64,000 nt of DNA, taken from NCBI GenBank assembly GCA_965240325.2, contig OZ251234.1, positions 62,001-126,000 on the forward strand, read 5' to 3'. Origin of the DNA: Rebecca billardiae RCC1528. Taxonomy: Eukaryota; Protista; Haptophyta. The position numbers were made by a program, and so were the translations under genes. The notes under the pieces were generated by a model. The model made no database searches and was not told the DNA's origin. It saw only the letters and a program-made list of their open reading frames with translations. Within the stretch, counting starts at the first letter, position 1; the number at the start of each line of letters is the position of its first letter. Positions 1 through 11,348 of the stretch are shown here, piece by piece.

Positions 1-145
1 CACGCGGCCAGCGTGCCGCCGCGCCGATCCGTCGAGCGGCAGCTGCGGGGCGGGGCGGGGCGCTGGCGGAGCAGACAGCGGCACAGCGCGCGCCGCAGCC
101 ACGCGGCAGCGGCGGGTGCAGCCGTGCCGGCGGCCGCGCGCGCGC

Positions 146-731
146 TCAGGACGTGCCACGCCGCCGCGCCATGCGCGGGCGCGGCCACCACCACGCGCTC
201 GCCGGTGCGGACGGTGCGGCGCACAGCCCCTTGGCTGAGGCGCCGCCCGCCTGCTGCTGCTGCGAGTGCGCGTGCGCACCCGCCGTGCCGCCCAGCGGGG
301 AGGCGAAGGTGGTCGGCGCGTTCGAGGCGAGGTCGGAGGCGGCGGAGGAGTACGAGGCGGCGGACGCCGAGGACAAGGAGCGCTCGCGCAGCGCGGGCGG
401 CGGCGCGCGGCCGCCGGCAGCCGCCGCCGCCGCGCACGGTGCGGGCGCGGCGGGCTGCGAGGGCCCCGGCGCCGGTGCGGCGCCGGCGCCCGCGCGCGCA
501 GCGCCGAGGGCTGGCGCGCGCGGATCGGCGGCGGTCGGCTGTGCGCGCAGCACGCGCGACGTGGCGTCGGCGAGCACGCCCCCCGTCGCCGCCGGGTCGT
601 CCGCGCGCGCGGCCGCGCCGTCCGCCGCAGCGCTGCCGTCGCAGAAGGGCCGCAGCGGCGCGTCGTCCAAGCGCGCGGCCGCGGCGAGCAGCGCGGCCGC
701 GAGCTGCGTGCGCGGCGTGGGCGCGGCGGCG

Positions 732-762
<31 letters not shown>

Positions 763-2836
763 CCCACTCGACGCGCGCCGCGGCCGAGAGGCTCGGCCTC
801 CGGCGTGGCGGCGGCGGCGGCGGCGGCGGCCCCGCGTGCCCCACGTGTGCGCCGCCTGCGGTGCCGCTGTGCAGGCAGTAGAGAGGCGCCTGGCTGCGCG
901 CGCACCCCAGCGCAAACGAGGCGGACACGGCCGAGGGCAGCGTGGGGCGGGCGCGTGCGTGCCGCCGCTTGGACGCGAGGCAGCTGCGCGCGGGTTCGGG
1001 GCGGCGGCGCGAGGCGCGCGGCGCGGGGGCACGCGTGAGAGCGCGGACGCGGGGCGCCGCACTCGCAGCCGCCACGCGCCGCGCGCCGCCTCGCTTCGCA
1101 CCGAGGCTGCTCCCACCGCTTGGCGTGCGGCGCGAGGGCGGGGAGGCCGTCGCCGAGCGGCGTGCACATCGCGTACGCGCCGGCGATCAGCTCGACGCCG
1201 AGCACCGCCGCCTCGCGCGCGGCGCTCGAGAGGTGCTCCGCCTCCGCCTCCGCCTCCGCCTCCGCCTCCGCCTCCGCCTCCGCCTCCGCCTCCGCCTCCG
1301 CCTCCGCGCACACGGCGCGCAGCGCGGCCAGTGCGCACGGCACGCGCGCACACCCCGCCTCACCCTCGCCCTCGGCGTCCTCGGCGCCGGCGGACGAGGC
1401 GGCGGACGAGGAGGAGGGCGAGTACGCCGACGAGGTGGACGGCGTGCGCACGCACGAGGGCGAGCACGGCGCCGCCTCGTCGAGCGGCGGCTCGGCCGCG
1501 CGCAGCACGGCGCGCGCACACAGCAGCGCGCCGCGCGCCGCCTCGCGCGCCGCCCCGGCCGGGCCGGCGGCGCCGAGCGCGCCCGCGCGCGCGTAGAGCA
1601 TCGCCTGCAGCGCGAAGCTGGCCACCTCGCACTCGCGCCGCGCGCTCGCCGGCAGCGCGCGCGCCGCCGCGCGCGCCGCCGCGCGCGCGCGCACCGCGCG
1701 CTGCTCGCCCGCGCCGGGCGCGCGCGAGCGGCGCGCGGCGAGCGCGCCCGCCGCCGCCGCCTCCGCCGCCGCCTCCTCCGCCGCCTGCTCGTCCTCGCTG
1801 TCGAGCGGCGGCGCGTGCGCGGTGTGGGCGGCGCCCTTGGGCGAGGCGGCCGCGCTGCGCACCACCAGGCCGGCACCCACCGACTCGAGGCAGCGCTGCA
1901 GCCGCCACACGCCGCCGCCGCCGCCGCCGCCGCCGCCGCTGCCGCCGGCCGCGGCGCGCGCCGGCTGCGCGCGCGCCGCGGCCGGTCGGCGGGCCTCGAT
2001 GACGAGCTCGCGCAGCTCGCCGAGCGCGCAGCCGCCCGCGCAGCCGAGCCTCCAGCGCAGCCGCGCGCACAGCTGCGCCTCCATCAGCGCCACCTCGCGC
2101 CAGTGGTACCGCCCGTGCCCCGCCACCCGGGCGTACGCGCGCAGCGACTCCATCTCTGCAGGTGGCGAGTCCTCGTCCAGCTTGGTGGCGACGAGGAGGC
2201 AGCTCATCGCGACGAGCTGGAGCTGGTCGTCGGTGACGGGCGGGCCGTCCCACCACACCACGCCCGCCCCGCCCTCGCCCTCCGCCTCCGCCTCCGCCTC
2301 CGCCTCCGCCGCCGCGGCGCGCGCGTGCTCAGCGCGCGCATGCGGCGCCGCACCCTCGAGCGCGTGCGCCCAGTCCGCGCGCGCGTGCTCGAGCGCGAGG
2401 AAGCGGTCGAGGAGCGAGACGGCGTGGAAGAAGGTGCCCATGCACACGCCGAGCGCCTCGTGCACCGAGTCCAGCCTGCGCGCCGGGCGCGGGTGCGGTG
2501 CGCGCGCGCGCGCGGAGCGCCGCTCAGCGCCGGGAGCACACGCACGCACTGTGCAGCCGCAGTGCACACGCCACGCGCGAGCCACGCGCGCGCGCGGCCG
2601 GGGCGGCGGCGGGGGAGGGCGCGCGGGCGCGCGGTGCGCGGCGGGGCGGGAGGCGCGGCGCGATCGCGCCGCGCGCACCACTCGACCATGCACGCGCGGT
2701 ACACGGCGCGCTGCTCCGCCACCTCGGGCGGCGGCGGCGGCGGCTCGCGCGCGCACGCGCGCGCCGCCGCGCGCGCGCCGCCGTCGGCGGCGTCGCGCAC
2801 GTCGCGCGCGGCGTCGGTGTGGGCGTGAGGGCGCAT
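146..2836 (-). CDS. Cyclin (cyclin N-terminal box) with long low-complexity C-terminus; spliced
   Basis: ATG at 2836 (MRPHAHTD..). Exon 1 ends ..RACMVEW; after an intron (~2476-2678) it reads LDSVHEALG..TFFHAVSLLDRFL..LQLVAMSCLLVATKLDE..EVALMEAQLCARLRWRL, a cyclin box. A second GTGCGA..GCGCAG intron (~984-1101) joins the 146..1075 frame. Confidence 0.8.
1236..1307. repeat. (CTCCGC)n hexamer repeat encoding a Glu-Ala run in the cyclin; shorter copy at ~2280-2308
   Basis: Directly visible tandem hexamer. Confidence 0.9.
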
Positions 2837-3280
2837 GCTCTGCACGGTGTGGCGCTGGGCTGGGCGCTCGGGCACCCGGCGGCTTGTCTCGGCTGCACGA
2901 GCCCGCTCGCGCTTGAACGAGCACGAAGGCTGCTCGGCCCACCGTTAGCTCGTGCCCACTGCCGTACTCGGCCGAGCCGAGCCGTCTGCGTGCCGGCTCG
3001 CGCGCCACCGGTGGGCCGCGCCTGGCTAGTCGGTACCACGTGCCCGTTCAAACGACGCTGCGTGACGAAACCGCGGCTCTTTGGCCTCTTTCTCTCCTCG
3101 AAAAGCGCGCGGACTTTTCGCGCCCAACGAAAGGTTCCGGACCGTTGGCTGCTGGTCCGGAACCCCGGCCGGTAGGGTCGGGTCGGGACTGGGCGTTTCA
3201 AGGCTTCTCAGCGCGGCCGGACGTGCGCTTTTTGACTTGCGCAGCACGCCGCTCGGCGCGCGCCCGCTCGGCGCTGCGCG

Positions 3281-4420
3281 ATGGAGGTCCAACACAGGGC
3301 GCGGCTCGGCGAGACGACGCTCGAAGCGATCCTGCGCGCCAAGCTGCTCACGCGCTTCCGCTCGCTCGGCGCCGCCTTCCTCGCGATGGATCGCTCGGGC
3401 ACGGCGACGCTCTCGGCGGACGACTTTGCGCGCGGCGTGCAGCTGTACGCGCCCGGCCTCGCCGCCACGCACGCGGAGATCGAGGCGATGGTGGGCAAGT
3501 ACGACGCGGACGCGGACGGGCGAGTGACGTACTCGGAGTTCGCCGCGGCACTCTCCTCCGCGCTCCCGGCGTACTACACGCCCACGCCGCGCACGCCTCG
3601 CGCGCCTGCAGCGGTCGCGCTCGCGGGCGCGCAGGCGCGCGCACAGATGCTCGGCGGCGGCAGCAGCGCGGACGGCGGCGTGGGCGCGAGCGCAGCGGGC
3701 GGGGCGCTCGTTGCCGGCACGCCACAACTCGCGCCGTCCAACCCGGCCGATGCGCCACCGCCGCCGCCGCCGCACGGCTCCGAGCCGCAGCAGCCGCCGC
3801 AGCTGCCGCCGGCGCCGCCACCAGCGCCGGGTGCGGCTGAGACGGCCTCGCAGCCGCCACCCGCGGGCGTGCCCTCGCAGACGCCGCGCACCGCGCCTGC
3901 GGGCAAGCCCGCGGGCGGGCTCGCCCAGCCGCTGGGCGGCGTCGGCGGCGGCGTGAGCTTCCTACCCCACGGCGCGATGCCTGTGGGCGGCACCGGCCCC
4001 ACCTCCACGCTGCTGCCGCTGCGGCTGCTCTCGCACCGGCTGTCCGTCTGCCGCTTCCCCGCGGGCTCGGCGCTGCCCGCGTGGGCCACGTCCGCGCCGT
4101 TCTTCTGCCTGGCGCAGGCGGGCTCGGAGCTCTCGGTCGTGTGCCCCGAGGGCGCGGTGCCGCGCGAGGGCCTGCCCCACGCCTTCCGCGCCGAGCACGG
4201 CTGGCGGCCGCTGCGCGTGGGCGAGTCCCCGCTGCAGCTCGACCTGGTGGGCGTGCTGGCGGCCGTGTGCGCCGCGCTCGCGAAGGCGCGCGTGCCCGTC
4301 TTCGTCGTCTCCACCTTCGACACGGACTACGTGCTCGTGCGCGCGCACCTCGTCGACGCAGCCGTGCGTGCGCTGCGCGAGGCGGGACACGCCGTGAACG
4401 TCGACGCATTCGGACTCTGA
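3281..4420 (+). CDS. EF-hand pair fused via a Pro-rich linker to a CASTOR/ACT_7-type tandem ACT module
   Basis: EF loops DRSGTATLSADDF and DADADGRVTYSEF; C-terminus ELSVVCPE..GWRPLRV..LDLVGVLAAVCAALAKARVPVFVVSTFDTDYVLV. Confidence 0.85.
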   Translation: MEVQHRARLGETTLEAILRAKLLTRFRSLGAAFLAMDRSGTATLSADDFARGVQLYAPGLAATHAEIEAMVGKYDADADGRVTYSEFAAALSSALPAYYTPTPRTPRAPAAVALAGAQARAQMLGGGSSADGGVGASAAGGALVAGTPQLAPSNPADAPPPPPPHGSEPQQPPQLPPAPPPAPGAAETASQPPPAGVPSQTPRTAPAGKPAGGLAQPLGGVGGGVSFLPHGAMPVGGTGPTSTLLPLRLLSHRLSVCRFPAGSALPAWATSAPFFCLAQAGSELSVVCPEGAVPREGLPHAFRAEHGWRPLRVGESPLQLDLVGVLAAVCAALAKARVPVFVVSTFDTDYVLVRAHLVDAAVRALREAGHAVNVDAFGL

Positions 4421-4661
4421 GTACTGCTGCATGTCAATAATATGCTTATTGTACTTCAACTGCCACTTGTCACTCGACGAGACGAAAGACGACCTACAAG
4501 TAGCAGGCGGCGTCAGCCCGGCGGGCGGCGCGACGCCGACTGCTGCCCGGGTCTGCTCCTAACTCTAAGTCGGCGACGCGGGCCGCGCGGGGTACACCGC
4601 CGGGCCGGGCCCGTCTGGCGTCTGAGTCTCCGCGGCGGAAGGCTCGACGGAACGTCACGTA

Positions 4662-6925
4662 CAGGTGCTATGGCCTATTTCTGGACGATGCCGTTTTCTG
4701 GACAAGCGCGTGGCCATGGTGAAGCGCACCGACGAGTCGCCCGCCAAGCGGCGCAAGACGCCAGCAGCGCGCATCGCCAACCCCCGGAACCAGGCGGAGT
4801 ACGCCATGAACAAGTCCAACCACGACGAGAAGCAGCGGCAGCTGCGCACGGCGCTGAAGTCGTGCCGCGATGAGGCAGACGCGGGGCGTGCGAAGGGCGC
4901 GGTCGACCGCGCGATCAGCTCGGATCGGTGGCCCGCCTTCATCACGTCTACCTCAGCCCGCCGGACACGACGGGGCTGACGCAGCCGCTCGACCAGATCA
5001 ACCAGGTGCTGCACTACTACTGCTCGGTGAGTACCAAGAAGTGGGCGCGCTACCAGCAGTCGAAGCTGCTCGCGCAGCGCATGCGCGAGGTGCGCGCCGA
5101 TCTCGGCGACGATGACGATGAGATCAACCTCGAGGATGCAGTCGACGGCGACGGCGATGACGACGATGATGAGGGCGGCAGCGACGACGACGGCGACGGG
5201 GGCGACGACTCGGCCGAGGAGGGGCGGCGACGCGGCGCGGGCGAGGGCGCGAAGAAGTCTCTCTCGAAGCGCGACTTCCACCTTCTCCTGGGCACTCGTG
5301 GGAGGGCTTCTGTAAGAAAGAGAGCGTCATCGGCGCCTTCAAGCGCTGCGGCATCACCGCGAGCGGCGTCGATATCGGCTTGATGCAGCAGGACAAGTTC
5401 GCGGTCGCCGATCTGCTACTCAACCCCGAGCGCGTGTTCGAGGCTACTCCCGCGGCCGCGGAGGGCGCCGGCCACCGCGGTGCGGTGCGCCGCGCGATCG
5501 ACTACGGCGCCGGTGGCATCCCGGCCGAGTACACGCCCGTGTCCTCCACCCACCGTGCCGGCTCGACGCTCGACCTGCATCCCCGTCTCTCCGAGCAGCA
5601 GACGGTGATCGAGAGCCTCCGTGCTCAGATCAAGTGGCACGAGACGACGGTCAAGATGCCCAACGCCGAGGAGGCGGAGGCGCTGCTGCCGTTCGACGTC
5701 GTGGGCAAGAAGGTCGAGGGCGGCCGGAAGCGCGCAAACAAGGAGAAGTTCGGTTCGGCCGAGCTGCTCTGCTTCCTCGAGGGCCAGGAGGCAGCCGATC
5801 AGGCGGCTGTGACGGCGGCCGCCGATGCCGAGGCAAAGCGCGCTGCGAAGGCGGCACGGCGCGCCGAGACCGAGGCCGCGGCAGCTGCGAACGTCGACCA
5901 GCGCGATGCGCTCGAGCGCGCCTTCAAGGCCTGCGAGAGGGCGCGCGCCAACTCGGCTGAGCCATGCGCGTGCGGCGCAGATTCGGCCGCGACGTGCACG
6001 TGCCGGACGCATCACTTCTGTCCGCATTGCAGGCGCGTGCAGAAGACGGCATGCAAGAAGCAGAAGTGCCAGCCGCATCTCGTGGGTGCGCCTTCGGAGG
6101 CTGTCATCGACATCGACACGACGATCACGATGGATGACGCTTAGACCCTAGCAGTAGGTTTGTATCACGGGGGTAGCTGTCGTTAACGACTCGCCGCAGC
6201 GGAGTGATGACAAGCCTAGCCTTTGATATATGATCGGCCGGGACGAGACTGCTCGGGTACTCGTCTGTCTCGTGTGTCACGGCAGTCCAGTGCGGCTCCG
6301 GCAGGCACTCGGGCATCCGACACAGGGGCGTCAGCATGCCGACGCCGACGGCGCGCCGCTTCAGGCCGCGCGCAGCAGCGCACGGTTACCCCGGAGTGGG
6401 TGGCGACGCTGTCGCAGGAGGGCGTGGGCTCACAGAACTGGTGATCTAGCACATGGTCGGCTGATGAGACTGATCGCGTGCAGAGCTGAGCTATCAGATA
6501 GCTGCATGACAACGCGGGTGCTTTGTGAGAACGCGTAGCATGTGCCAGGCACCGAACGCAGGTGAATGGACTAGTGGAGCAGAGAACGCGTGGTATATGC
6601 CTGGACTAGGTCGTCAAGTAAGTCCAGCGAGCTACTGCGGCCCTTCCTGTCCGGTCTCAAGCATTCCTGGCCCACCCAACATGCGCGCACAGCTTCACGA
6701 CCGCACGTCCACGGTTTGTCCAGAAAACGGCATGTGCCCAGATCTGGGCTATGACGAAGTCGAGCACGTTGCTCACCAACGCGATGGCCGATGACGATGA
6801 GACTTCGTGTGCCTACCTTTAACTCCACGCTGGTTCGCGTGGTGGCATCGTGGGCGGGCTAGTCCGCCATGGCTGGACGTGAGAGCTGCTTGGATTTTCC
6901 GTCCAGAAATAGGCCATAGCACCTG
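4662..6925 (+). mobile_element. pogo/Tigger-like (Tc1/mariner superfamily) DNA transposon, non-autonomous
   Basis: Perfect 26-bp TIR CAGGTGCTATGGCCTATTTCTGGACG at 4662-4687, reverse complement at 6900-6925, flanked by TA at 4660-4661 and 6926-6927; internal transposase remnants. Confidence 0.9.
4716..6144 (+). pseudogene. Degenerate pogo-type DDE transposase with C-terminal Cys/His cluster
   Basis: Three frames: N-terminus MVKRTDESPAKRRK..; PPDTTGLTQPLDQ (DDE_1 third-Asp motif); WEGFCKKESVIGAFKRCGI; then CACG..CTC..HHFCPHC..CKKQKC. Frame changes near 4945 and 5295; the central catalytic region is missing. Confidence 0.8.
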
Positions 6926-7180
6926 TACGTGAGTAAACTGTACAGTGTACTGCTGCCGCCGCTAGGCTCAGAGTCGTCACCGTGCTACTCTGTGGTGATA
7001 ACGATTTGCGCATGCAAATTGCAAAGAAAGACGACGACTACAGTTTACTACAGTTTACTAAGAATAAGAGACGCACAGTAAGAATAAGAGACGCACACAG
7101 CTCAGGCAGGCGAGACAGTACGTGCTGGCTGTCCGCCGACGCGTCGGCCATCGCCCCGAAAGACGACGACGGTAGGTACT

Positions 7181-8934
7181 ATGGGATTGTGTGCCGCGCC
7201 GGCGAGCTCGCATTGCCTCTGCGCGCACCATGCCCCACTCTTTGCCGCCGTGCTGCCAGAAGAGTACCATTTCATCACGCCCGAACAGTCCGCAGTGCTC
7301 GTGATCGCTCTCGCGCTTGTCTTGGTCGCACTCCGAGTCGTCAGTGCCGTCCGGGCGCGAGCACGAGAGGAGTGCATCCTGCCCGATGGGAGGGCACGAT
7401 CGGACGCAGAGAGCCCGCCCTTGTCCTGCGTCAAGCCGCACGACGAGGCACGCGCTGTCGACCCAACGTGTCCAACGGCAGCCACGGAGCCACAAGTCGA
7501 GCTGCACGTCATCAATCATGCCAAGTTCTTCCTGAACGCAGCCATCTTCTGCTTCCACGCGCTCCAGATGGTGTCGGGCATAACGAAGACTGGGTGGGCA
7601 GCTGCGTACGTGGCGTGGGTCAACTCGTTTGCCATGATCACGTTTGCATTCCTGAGCGGAGTCGTCTCGAAGGGCGAGCTCACGCCAGAGCGCGCGCAGC
7701 GCGTGATGTCCACCACCATGGTCACGTACGTGGTGCTCAACACGATTTGGAACCTCAACACGACCTGGGCATACGCCGTGTTGACGAGCGCGGACGCATC
7801 CTATGCGGCAGTGAGCCTGCCCGACTGGTCACACAGCAGGCCGATCGTCGCGTGGTGCGTGCAGCGCCCTGCCTGCGGCCTGCCCTGCGGCCGCGTGCAC
7901 GGCTGCACGCGCTTCCAGGGGACTGAAGTGAGCTTGCTCAGCAGCCCCTGCGCTCACCGCTGGCGCGCACCCGCGCCGCGGCACGCAGGTACCTCGAGTG
8001 CTGGATGACGTGGAAGATGCTGCTGCCGTTCCTGCGCACGGTCCCCGACCTGCGCATGCGCTTCGGCCTCGCGTGCTTCCTCTCGTGGTATGGCGGGTAC
8101 TGGATGATCCCCAGGCTTGGCTCGTGGCACGGGGATACAGTCATCGGCATGCTCCCTGCGTTCGTCCTTGGGCACGTCACGCCGTACTCGGTGTTCACAC
8201 AGGTGCGCCCGCAGGTTCGGTGTGCTGCGGCCGCGCTGCACTGCCTCTGGGCCTGCATCTGCGTGTGGCTGGCGTACGGCTTGCCCGACGAGTGCGATGC
8301 TCCGACGCACGGCGGCCACTTCACCGCAGTGAGCCTGGTCACGTGGTCGAAGCGCATGTCCCACCGCAGCTACTTCTCAGCCGAGGCACTCGACGAGATC
8401 TGCGCTCACCATCAGGTGGGGGGCGTCGAGCCAGTGCCCCTGCGCCAGGCGTGCCAGCTGCGGTACTACTACTGGTGGACCTCGCGCGCCGCGTACCACC
8501 TGCTCGCGCTGCTGGTCGGGGGCTCATTCGTGCTGCTCATGCCCAACCGGCCGACGGCCTTCTCTCGCAGTGGGCGGCACGTGCTGTATGCGTACCTGAT
8601 GCAGGATTTCTGCTTCGTGCCCTACGTCCCGCGCCTGTTCAATGCTCTGGGGCTGCGTGCATGCGCATCGCCGCTCATGCTCATGCTCCTTGCAGGGCTA
8701 AGCATTAGCGCTGCCTACCTCCTGACCACTGCGCCTGTGCGGCATGCGCTCTGCTTCGCGTTTGAGCCCACGTGGCTGAACTGGCTGTGGAAGAAGCCGT
8801 ACAAGCCGTTGCCGCACGTTCGCTCCGCCCTTTTGCTATGTGCTCTCACCTGGCTCTCCTCGCCAAATCTCGTGCCCTTTCTGAAAGCCCGCCTGGCTGT
8901 TTGCGGCAGCGCGGATGGCGATGCCGCGCCATGA
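7181..8934 (+). CDS. Acyltransferase family 3 (membrane O-acyltransferase); intron 7855-7988; start uncertain
   Basis: INHAKFFLNAAIFCFH, VNSFAMITFAFLSG..SK and spliced AWYLECWMTWKMLLPF match Acyl_transf_3 motifs; many hydrophobic helices. Confidence 0.7.
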
Positions 8935-9366
8935 TGCCGCTGCATGACGACGACGAGCCTGCATCGTCATCGTCAGAGATGTCGTCATGAGTCGAATGTC
9001 GATCGATCGGCGTCGCCCTCACTCCGCCGATCAGCGCAGCCATACGGCGGTCGTGACAATACGTATATATATATACACATCACACTACGACACACATTCA
9101 TATATATATGTGTACGTTACCAGCAGTAGCATAAAGTGCTGTCGTCATCAGACATCACTGATGACGAGTGACGCCTGACGGACAGCAGCCCGCCGGGCGT
9201 CGGGCAGCGCCGAGCAGTACGTGCGGCTCTGATGTGTGCCACTGCTGTACATTCGGCTGACGTGCCGGCGACGCCTCGCCGACACACGACGGCCCTGCGC
9301 CTCGCCAGCCCGCCCGCGCGCGGCCGGCGGCCGCTGCCGCGCCGATGGGTGCCGCGCGCGCCTCAC

Positions 9367-10554
9367 TCACTGCGGCGGCTTGTTGGTCGGCGCGCGCCGC
9401 AGCGGCAGCCGCTCGAGGCCGACCGAGTGGCGCGCGAGGTTGAGCGTGTTCTTCATCAGCATCACGATCGTCATCGGGCCGACGCCGCCGGGCACGGGCG
9501 TGATCGCGCCTGGAGAGGGCGCGGCGGGGGCGGCGCGTGTCGGCGCAGCACTCGCCCGGCGCGCGCGTGCGCCGCCCGCGCTCGCGCGCGCGCGCGCACC
9601 GGCGACCTTCTGCGCCGAGTCGAAGTCGACGTCGCCGACGAGGCGGTAGCCGCGCTTGGCGCTCGGGTCCTCCTTCGAGTTGATGCCCACGTCGATCACC
9701 ACCGCGCCCGGCTTGAGCCACTCGCCCGGCACGAACTCGCGCTTGCCGATCGCCGCGATCACGATGTCCGCGCGCTTGACGTGCGCGGCAATGTCCTTGG
9801 TGCGCGAGTGGCAGACGGTCACGGTGGCGTCCATGGACTGGAGGAGCTGCGCGACGGGCATGCCGACGATGTTGGAGCGGCCGAGCACAACCGCCTCCTT
9901 CCCGCTCACCTCGATCCCCGTGCGCTGCAGCAGCTCGACGCACCCCGCGGGCGTGCACGGCACGGCGAGCGGCGGCACGCCCCCGCGCAGCGCGAGGTTG
10001 CCGATGTTTGCCGCGCTGAAGCCGTCCACGTCCTTCTCGACGGCGACGGCGGAGACGACGCGGTGCTCGTCGATGTGCTTGGGCAGCGGGAGCTGCACGA
10101 GGATCGCGTGCACGCTCGGGTCGGCGTTCAGCGCGTGCACGCACTCGAGCACCTCCTGCTCCGAGGCGGTGGCCGCAAACGTGCGGTCGACCGAGTGGTA
10201 CCCGAGCGACTCGGCCATCTTCTTCTTGGAGCGGACGTACGAGGCGGAGTCGGGGCGGTCGCCGACGAGGACGACGGCGAGGCCGGGCGTCACGCCGTGC
10301 TCGCGCTTCAGCCGCTCGGTCGCCGCCTTGAGCTCCGCCCTGATCTCCTCGGCGACCTTCTTGCCCGAGATGAGCCGCGCGCCGCCCGGCGTCGTCGCCG
10401 CGGGGCCGTCGCACAGCGCGACGGCGGAGGTGTGCGGGGCGCGCCGGCCGAGCGAGCTCGGCGCGTAGGGCGAGGCCATCAGCGCGCCCGCCGCCATCCC
10501 GGACACGCCGAGCGCCGCCGCGGCGCGCATCCACGATCGCGCGCGCGCGTGCAT
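9367..10554 (-). CDS. folD: Bifunctional methylenetetrahydrofolate dehydrogenase/cyclohydrolase with probable organellar presequence; 90-bp intron 9510-9599
   Basis: ISGKKVA, PGLAVVLVG, YVRSKKK, ILVQLPLP, EKDVDGF, PCTPAG, GRSNIVGMP, VIDVGIN, TPVPGGVGPMT. Confidence 0.96.
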   Translation of the reverse strand: MHARARSWMRAAAALGVSGMAAGALMASPYAPSSLGRRAPHTSAVALCDGPAATTPGGARLISGKKVAEEIRAELKAATERLKREHGVTPGLAVVLVGDRPDSASYVRSKKKMAESLGYHSVDRTFAATASEQEVLECVHALNADPSVHAILVQLPLPKHIDEHRVVSAVAVEKDVDGFSAANIGNLALRGGVPPLAVPCTPAGCVELLQRTGIEVSGKEAVVLGRSNIVGMPVAQLLQSMDATVTVCHSRTKDIAAHVKRADIVIAAIGKREFVPGEWLKPGAVVIDVGINSKEDPSAKRGYRLVGDVDFDSAQKVAGARARASAGGARARRASAAPTRAAPAAPSPGAITPVPGGVGPMTIVMLMKNTLNLARHSVGLERLPLRRAPTNKPPQ

Positions 10555-10862
10555 GCTGCCTGCCCACGCTGTGCTGATGAGAAGCGGCGCTGCCGGTGAA
10601 TCTGCAAGCTGCGAGCGGGCGCACAAGCCCACAGCCCGGCCCGGACTCGGCGCACTCACGTCCGGCACGGTAATTGATCACGTGGCAGCGCCCCAGCGCC
10701 GCGCCGCACGCACGCCCGCGCTCGAGCGTTCGAAGCCCCCGCGTCAAGCCGCCCGCAGCTCGCACCGAGCGCCGGCGAAGGCCCCCGTGCACGGAGCCGC
10801 GAAGCCGCACGCGCAGCACCCCAGCACCCCTCGAGCCCCACCCCACCCACGCCGCTCCCGCC

Positions 10863-11317
10863 ATGGCCGCCGTCCCGCCCTCCGCCATGCCGCCACCCGG
10901 CGGCGGCGCCGCGCCGCCGCCCGCGCCGATGCCGACCGGCCAGCCGCTGCGCGGCGTCGTGAAGCAGGTGCTCTCGGGCGACACGCTCGTGGTGCAGGGC
11001 GCGCAGGCGCCGTCGGGCGGCCCGCCGCCCGAGAAGCAGATCACGCTCGCCCACCTCTCCGCGCCGCGCCTCGGCAACCGCAACGCGCCGGACGCGCCGT
11101 TTGCGTGGCGCGCGCGCGAGTGGCTGCGCGCGCTCACGATCGGCAAGCCGGTGGTGTTCGTCGTGAAGTACGCGAACGCGTCGGGGCGGAACTTTGGGGC
11201 CGTCACGATGGCCGACGGCACCAACGTCGGCCTCGCCGTCGTCGCCGAGGGCTGGGCGCGCGTGCACGCGCCGCGCGCGCCGGGCGGCGACGGCGCGTCC
11301 GCCGACGGCGCCGCGCT

Positions 11318-11348
<31 letters not shown>

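Noticed and set aside
5380-6144. Possible Fanzor/TnpB cargo (zinc finger inside a transposon)
   Set aside because: No RuvC motifs visible; the frame is continuous with the transposase C-terminal FKRCGI motif.
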